Below are positions 58,531 to 64,000 of a stretch of 64,000 bases of DNA, piece by piece; the stretch's first letter is position 1; the number at the start of each line of letters is the position of its first letter. The stretch is taken from positions 32,001 to 96,000 of IMG/VR virus record IMGVR_UViG_3300034104_005543. One strand, given 5' to 3'. The position numbers and the translations under genes are program-made. Below the pieces are notes generated by a model that saw only the letters and a program-made list of their open reading frames with translations, did no database searches and was not told the origin of the DNA. The stretch is from a virus (taxonomy: Duplodnaviria; Caudoviricetes).

Positions 58531-58561
58531 AAATAAAAGGGGCTTTTACACCCCTTTTATT
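58531..58561 (-). terminator. rho-independent terminator (possibly bidirectional)
   Basis: AATAAAAGGGG-(8 nt)-CCCCTTTTATT inverted repeat just downstream of 58568-59671. Confidence 0.75.
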
Positions 58562-58567
58562 ATGTGA

Positions 58568-59671
58568 TCACCATATAAAATCTTCGTCTGTAACAGTAGA
58601 TGAAGAAGGCGGATTACCAAAGTCATCATCGTCATCAACATTGTTATATACTATTGTCTCTTCCTCTTCCTCTTCTTCTTGTTTTGATTCTTCTAAAACA
58701 ACTTCTTCATCTTCTTCTTCCGCAACAACAGTTTCTTCTACAACAGCATATTCTATTTTACGGGATTCTTGCTCAAAGTTTTCATCAAAAGTAGTTTCAA
58801 CTTTTTCAGGTTCTGGAATTGCTACAGGTTCTGGAACAACAGATTCTTCTTCTACTACCATATCTAACTTTTCTTCAATATCATTTTCTGTTTCTACTAC
58901 TACCGGAGTAGAAGAACTGACATTATTAAAGTTAAGTGTAGATTCTATAGGTATAATAGAATCAAAACTATCAGTCAAATACTCATGCAATTCAGAATGT
59001 GCAGACAACCAAAACCTAGGATGGTAGGTATATGTTACCAAAGAAAGCATCTCGTAAACATCAGATAATTTCCAATTAGAAACATCCTTAAATGTTTCTG
59101 TCATCCACTTCTGTATTGTACTTGCCTGGTGTGGTGTAACTAAATTCTTATTAAAGAAGATATTACCTAACAAACAACAAGTTTCTTCCCTAGAAATTGA
59201 TTTAAAAGAAAGAGCTTCTATTTCTGCTATTGTGTTGTCATAGTAGGAATAAGCATTTTGTATTACATTTTCCATGAGTTTAATGATATCAGAAATATCA
59301 CCACCCTTTTTTACGGAAAAATAATGTTTAACATATACAGCAGGATTAGTCTTTAACCTACAACCTACCGCACACTTAAAGCGCATAGATCTGGTATAAG
59401 AATTAACCCAGCTAAATACTAGTTGGTAGGTATCGTTAGACGGTACATCCACCACAAAATAAGCAGCTACTATTTCATTCTTGTTAGAACCAATAAATTT
59501 AATTGATTCTTCACCTTCTGCAGTTGCAATAGTAATGTTATTGTCGGCTAGTATTTTCTTACTAGCCTCAATAACTTGTTTGTGTGATGGTGGATTGTAT
59601 CCGTTACCGTAAACCGGAATAGAACTAGTAATTACAGAGTTCTCGTTTGTGGGATTAAGTTTGATAGGCAT
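58568..59671 (-). CDS. DUF932-like protein with long acidic C-terminal tail
   Basis: YNPPSHKQVI and WVNSYTRSMRFKCAVG resemble DUF932 motifs; last ~110 aa are E/D-rich. Confidence 0.5.
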   Translation of the reverse strand: MPIKLNPTNENSVITSSIPVYGNGYNPPSHKQVIEASKKILADNNITIATAEGEESIKFIGSNKNEIVAAYFVVDVPSNDTYQLVFSWVNSYTRSMRFKCAVGCRLKTNPAVYVKHYFSVKKGGDISDIIKLMENVIQNAYSYYDNTIAEIEALSFKSISREETCCLLGNIFFNKNLVTPHQASTIQKWMTETFKDVSNWKLSDVYEMLSLVTYTYHPRFWLSAHSELHEYLTDSFDSIIPIESTLNFNNVSSSTPVVVETENDIEEKLDMVVEEESVVPEPVAIPEPEKVETTFDENFEQESRKIEYAVVEETVVAEEEDEEVVLEESKQEEEEEEETIVYNNVDDDDDFGNPPSSSTVTDEDFIW

Positions 59672-59675
59672 AATT

Positions 59676-60474
59676 TTAAAATAATGTGTTTTCTACTTTT
59701 TTTACAATGTTACTAATCTCTTCATAAATAGCATCTAGATAAAACTTTTCGTTAATACCATAGTTTACCCAGTCTTGCTCTTCATGAACATTATATACTG
59801 TTTGATATACATTACCAGAATGCTGTTGTATCTTACGTCCATCAACACTGTTGACTTTAATAATCTTACAACCCTTCTTGCTCATATAATATCTAGTTAC
59901 TTTCTGTAAAGGAGATTCTGTAATAGAACCTTGGTCGTTACACAATGCAACTAATTTCCACTCTGAGGATGATTTGATACCACCACAGTAGTCAAAAATA
60001 TTTTTGTTAGCTTTTAATGTTTGCTCTGGTAACTTACCAAAAACAAAATAATTGTATAAAGCCTTACGTTTAATAAGAAAGCTTTTATTCTTATGAAGCG
60101 CTAAGTCTGTAAACTCAAATGCAATACCCTTACATTTTGTAGGACTGTAATAAAACTTACCGCTCTCTTCTCTACAAGGGAATATACCTTTTGATTTAAT
60201 TTTAGAATACTCTTCAGAAGAACACTCTCTTTCTTTAAAAATACCAATATAGTTATTTACATCTCGAATAATAAGCTCTTTATAAGCATCAAACTCCAAA
60301 GATAAACTAGTTCTTTCTTCCCAGCGCTTACAACATTCTTTATAAATCTCCATTTTATCGCGTGGTATTAAGAATTCCGCACCATCTGTATTTACCAAAA
60401 CAGGAATAGCATCAGGAATACTTAGCAATACATCCTCGAACAACATCATCAAAGACAACTGTCCGTTTATAGTA
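59676..60474 (-). CDS. polB: family B DNA polymerase, exon 2
   Basis: TINGQLSL, VNTDG (motif C), RDVNNYI and KCKG; joins exon 1 in frame after intron removal (662 aa spliced). Confidence 0.88.
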
Positions 60475-61578
60475 CATTTAATCCCCTAAATTTCTAAAGG
60501 GGGTGGATCATATCTTCTTGATATCTAAAAATTTTATTACTTGCGTGTTTACGTAAACCTTTGCATACTTTTGCAATATAAGATTCATCTAACTTATAAT
60601 AAGCTGCTGCTTCTTTTATTGAATTATATACAAACCCGTCATTCACACATATAACAGGTGAAGAGTGATTATTAATGTAAAAAGGAAAATCACATCCTTT
60701 TTTACATAATATCCATTTTTTTGCTGATTTCCTAATACCCATAATACAACTGTTTATTAATTGTATAGAACATCCTATATGTTCGGAAGCATGTTTTTGG
60801 GTAAGAAAATATTGTATTTCACCTGTTATCAGATTCTTTCCTTTTAGTCTATATTTTATCTTAATTAATTCGTTAAAGTTTTTATTAAAAGACATAAGCC
60901 ACTTACTTAAAACAAGTGAGTCATATAAGGCTGATGTTGTTACTTTTAAATACATCGCTGCAGCTTGTACTGAACTAAATTCAATAATTTCTGAAGTAAA
61001 TATATTATACAAATAACATGTTCTTGTATGAGGTTTTGTTGGTAATAGTACATGATTTGTTAAATCATCATACTTTTCAATTAACTCCTCTTCTTTTAAT
61101 AAAGCATCTTCTAAATTAGTAAAAGAATCAACTATAGTCATTAATATTTGATTACCGCTTTTTAACTCTTTACTTATCCAATTACTCTTATAAGTATTAT
61201 TATGATAAGATTTTGAAGTATGATGTGATAATCTTCTTAAAGGATCTGTAGTAATACCTACATAACGCACTTTATTATTCTTTGTTGAACAAAGTGTGTA
61301 AATGTATATTTTATTTATCATGCACGGTGTTTCCCAGACTATATATTTATTTAAGTCAAGTACTCTCTTGCGAGATGATCTCTGAACTCTTCCCTGTTCG
61401 GGATTCAGCTGCTGATTGTCCATTTTGTGTAATTTTTTGTAAAAATACAATAAACCTTACACTCATACAAATATTTTTCAGGCATTCAAGCTTAGTCGTA
61501 TTTCATACTTACTTTGTAGCATATTTGTCTTTAGGATATTCCAGCAATTAACCGTGTTTATTGAGCACCACTATTTTA
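60475..61578 (-). mobile_element. group I self-splicing intron (1104 nt) in polB
   Basis: Exon 1 ends in U; P1 UGAGCAU/GUGCUCA with U-G wobble; P10 UACUAU/AUAGUG; P AAUUGCUGGAA, Q AAUCAGCAG, R GUUCAGAGAUCA, S AAGAUAUGAUC; P3 CACGGU/ACCGUG; terminal G at 60475; splicing restores MTMSITINGQL. Confidence 0.92.
60494..61321 (-). CDS. intron-encoded GIY-YIG homing endonuclease with NUMOD1-like repeats (start revised to ATG 61321)
   Basis: IYIYTL...RYVGIT...RRLSHH; repeats FSSVQAAAMYL, FLTQKHASEHIG and YNSIKEAAAYY; the upstream extension in the ORF track is intron core RNA. Confidence 0.85.
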   Translation of the reverse strand: MINKIYIYTLCSTKNNKVRYVGITTDPLRRLSHHTSKSYHNNTYKSNWISKELKSGNQILMTIVDSFTNLEDALLKEEELIEKYDDLTNHVLLPTKPHTRTCYLYNIFTSEIIEFSSVQAAAMYLKVTTSALYDSLVLSKWLMSFNKNFNELIKIKYRLKGKNLITGEIQYFLTQKHASEHIGCSIQLINSCIMGIRKSAKKWILCKKGCDFPFYINNHSSPVICVNDGFVYNSIKEAAAYYKLDESYIAKVCKGLRKHASNKIFRYQEDMIHPL

Positions 61579-62768
61579 ATGCTCATTGTCATTAGAGGAT
61601 CGTAGAAAGGACTATTTCTCTCATTAGTAAGACCGTAAGCACTATTCAAAATAATCTTAAATAGATAATTTACAGGATCTTTCTTAGGTATTTTAACGCG
61701 TTCTTTAAAAAACCATTCATACTGTTCACAAAAAATCTCTACCGGAATATGAGCAGGAGACCATTTGTTTTTAATAGCAAGATTAGGATAAAAACTTATT
61801 ACATCAAATGATTCAAGAGAGTACTTAGCATCTGACTTGTAAATACCAGGAAGTCTAGAACCATGAACACCACCTAAACCATAATCAATAGTAATACCTT
61901 TAGTCTTTATGCAATGCTTAAAAGCATCTTTAGTTTTTTCAGGATCAATTACTAATTCTTTAAACGCCTCTAGAAGATTCTTAAACTCTTCACTTTTGAA
62001 TTCAGTATAAGGAAGAATAATATCTTTTACTGGAATACTTTCGCGATATGTTCGTAAAGATTTAAAATCTCTAGGATTCATTCGCATTTTAGGTGCCAAG
62101 TAATAAGAAAATATCTTCTTTGCAATACTAGGTTCAGAAGAACTAAGTAAATCCATTTTATATTTCTCACTAAAGATTTCTCTTTGAGAAGTCTGCGGTG
62201 TAAATATTTTGTATAGATGTTTAGTAGAACTAACATCGTTACCACAGTAACTAATAATCTGATCTATTTGATCAAGACTATTAATTACTGTAGAATGATG
62301 TATCGGCATTTCTTCAATGTTATGCCAATCTGTTGTAAACTGCAAATATTTTAGACTAGCTCTCTTTGCTGCAGAGTCAAAATGTCCTTGCTTAAAAACA
62401 TCAATATGAGGAATACTAAGTTCAAACGGACCATACTCAGCAAACTCTTTATTATTAGAACGCTTTATTGCTTCTTGAGCTTTAAGGTAAATATTGTATG
62501 CTACTTGAGAACCAGGTAGATTAAGTAAGTCTTCTCTATTTCTAATGATGAATTCTATAATCTGAGAATCAAAGGCAATACCATTAAAAGAAACAAAAGA
62601 ATCTTTGTTTACAATTAAAGTATCTAGAAAATTACAAAGCTCTTCTAAATCATTCCTTAGATCATGTATAACATAGGTATATACACTAGCTTGCTCATCT
62701 ACATCAGCTTCTTCAAAAACAAAAGCTGTGCAATTAATAAGAGTCTCGCAGTCAAAAACAAATCTCAT
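61579..62768 (-). CDS. polB: family B DNA polymerase, exon 1 (3'-5' exonuclease plus motifs A and B)
   Basis: FDCET (ExoI), SFNGIAFD (ExoII), YCGNDV (ExoIII), FDVISFYPN (motif A), KIILNSAYG (motif B). Confidence 0.9.
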
Positions 62769-63289
62769 GATGTATATATTTCTTTCTCTAAATCAGGTAG
62801 GTTACATAACTCAGGACCTACTATTGCTATATCAACCTTTAAATCATCAGCATAATCCTTGTAATATTTGTCAGGATATAACCAAGAATTCACATACTCA
62901 TATGTAGGTTGACCTTTGTAATATCCCAGTATAACCTTTTTAATTCCTTCTGGTATTTGAGAATATTTGCCTGTAAGCACAAGACTCCAGACTTCTTTCA
63001 TATCAGTAAGGTCGAACACGTAAAGATACTTACTTTCACCCAATCTGCGCATTTCAGATTGCTTAAAATGAGGAGAGGTAAATAAATACTTGCCTTCTAG
63101 ATCACGGTGTATTTCAGGATATTTACTACCATCTACTACAACAGTAAGCTGATAATCATCGATGTTGTACACATCTTTCCTACTAAGGTAGCATTGAATC
63201 TCTAAAATATCATTTACATTTTTAGGACATATCAAAGGAAATAAAAATACCTTCGATTTTTGCACATACTGCTTAAGAACTTTAATCAT
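62765..63289 (-). CDS. conserved hypothetical phage protein
   Basis: 174 aa; overlaps both neighbours by 4 nt; YVQKSKVFLFP and GKYS motifs. Confidence 0.6.
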   Translation of the reverse strand: MIKVLKQYVQKSKVFLFPLICPKNVNDILEIQCYLSRKDVYNIDDYQLTVVVDGSKYPEIHRDLEGKYLFTSPHFKQSEMRRLGESKYLYVFDLTDMKEVWSLVLTGKYSQIPEGIKKVILGYYKGQPTYEYVNSWLYPDKYYKDYADDLKVDIAIVGPELCNLPDLEKEIYTS

Positions 63290-64000
63290 AAAAATATTTC
63301 ATAATTTATATATGATTTAGGTAGTCTAAAATTTTGTTCAGCAAAACTTTGTTTTACCTGATTTATAAGGACATTCGTTCTTTCTAACCATTGTTCCATA
63401 GTAGATTCAGATACTTTAAAAGGATAAACTACACCATAACTATCAACTACTATAAAAGTAAATGTTACACTATAATCTGGGTAATAATGTTTAGCAAACT
63501 TATAATATAAAGCTGCTTGCAACCACAGATTATAATACTCAACAGTTTCAGGAAAGTCCTGAATGCGTTTACTAGTTGTTTTTAAGTCGCTTACAAATAC
63601 TGTTTTAGCATTTTCCTTGACTCTAATACAATCTATAATACCTCTAAGCCCAAAGAATTCAGTAGCATTTGGAATACTTACTTCTTTCTCAGACTCAGTA
63701 AACTCTAATAACCACTTACAAACTTTATCTTGATTTAGCAGTTGAGTTTTTTCTAGAATTTCATTGTAATCCTGCTGACTTACTGCTACTTTAGATTGAG
63801 CAGTAAGTAAATAGTTCCAGTATTCTTCGTTAACATCAAGAATTAGTTTCTTACCTCTATCAGAGTCTAGTTTAATAGCAGAATAGTAATCTATTTCAGC
63901 CATAATCTGACCAATTTCATCCTGATACTTGTTTAAAGGAGCTATTAATAATTCAGGGTCCTCTAAATGTCTAGAATATAACATTTTAAGAACAACTTGA
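63286..64000 (-). CDS. PD-(D/E)XK exonuclease (Cas4/RecB/ExoVIII-like), probably 5'-truncated by the window edge
   Basis: LRGIIDCI...VSDLKTT...WLQAALY; frame stays open upstream of ATG 63984 to the window end. Confidence 0.75.
   Translation of the reverse strand, partial: QVVLKMLYSRHLEDPELLIAPLNKYQDEIGQIMAEIDYYSAIKLDSDRGKKLILDVNEEYWNYLLTAQSKVAVSQQDYNEILEKTQLLNQDKVCKWLLEFTESEKEVSIPNATEFFGLRGIIDCIRVKENAKTVFVSDLKTTSKRIQDFPETVEYYNLWLQAALYYKFAKHYYPDYSVTFTFIVVDSYGVVYPFKVSESTMEQWLERTNVLINQVKQSFAEQNFRLPKSYINYEIFL

Noticed and set aside
59676-62768. polB as a pseudogene, two-subunit enzyme or intein-containing gene
   Set aside because: Group I intron elements are complete and splicing restores a 662-aa frame; in-frame stops exclude an intein
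63286-63984. Cas4 as evidence of a CRISPR-Cas locus
   Set aside because: No Fe-S Cys cluster, no other cas genes or array; stand-alone PD-(D/E)XK nucleases are common in phage replication modules
1-64000. Stop-codon reassignment, as in some crAss-like phages
   Set aside because: Very long ORFs are intact in the standard code, and TAA, TAG (810, 26701) and TGA (6994, 8796, 15046) all end genes at sensible positions
1-64000. CRISPR array, tRNA/rRNA genes, DGR
   Set aside because: Intergenic gaps are too short; no regularly spaced repeats, cloverleafs or reverse transcriptase seen by eye; the repeats found are in-frame coding duplications

Overview
AT-rich fragment of a crAss-like (Crassvirales-type) bacteriophage genome, most likely infecting a Bacteroidota host, read in the standard genetic code. 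The + strand (1-56290) carries the late/virion module in three blocks: (i) Cys-rich structural genes (ring/tail-tube-like, IHF-like, fibre-like with FN3 domains, 1675-aa tail stabilisation/muzzle-like); (ii) modular putative cargo proteins punctuated by about 25 recurring x-x-x-G-G motifs; (iii) very large ejection-type proteins, including a 3725-aa virion RNA polymerase with a DFDVD motif. The - strand (56336-64000) carries replication/nucleotide genes: nucleotidyltransferase, MazG-like, dCTP deaminase, DUF932-like, PD-(D/E)XK nuclease, and a family B DNA polymerase split by a group I intron (60475-61578) encoding a GIY-YIG endonuclease. Most striking observation: four consecutive giant proteins (8868 aa in total) contain only six cysteines, all at the termini that face the neighbouring gene product, suggesting a head-to-tail Cys-linked chain of ejected proteins. 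Second: the GG-delimited cassette polyproteins suggest a processing/packaging tag system. All family assignments come from motif recognition by eye; no database searches were run.
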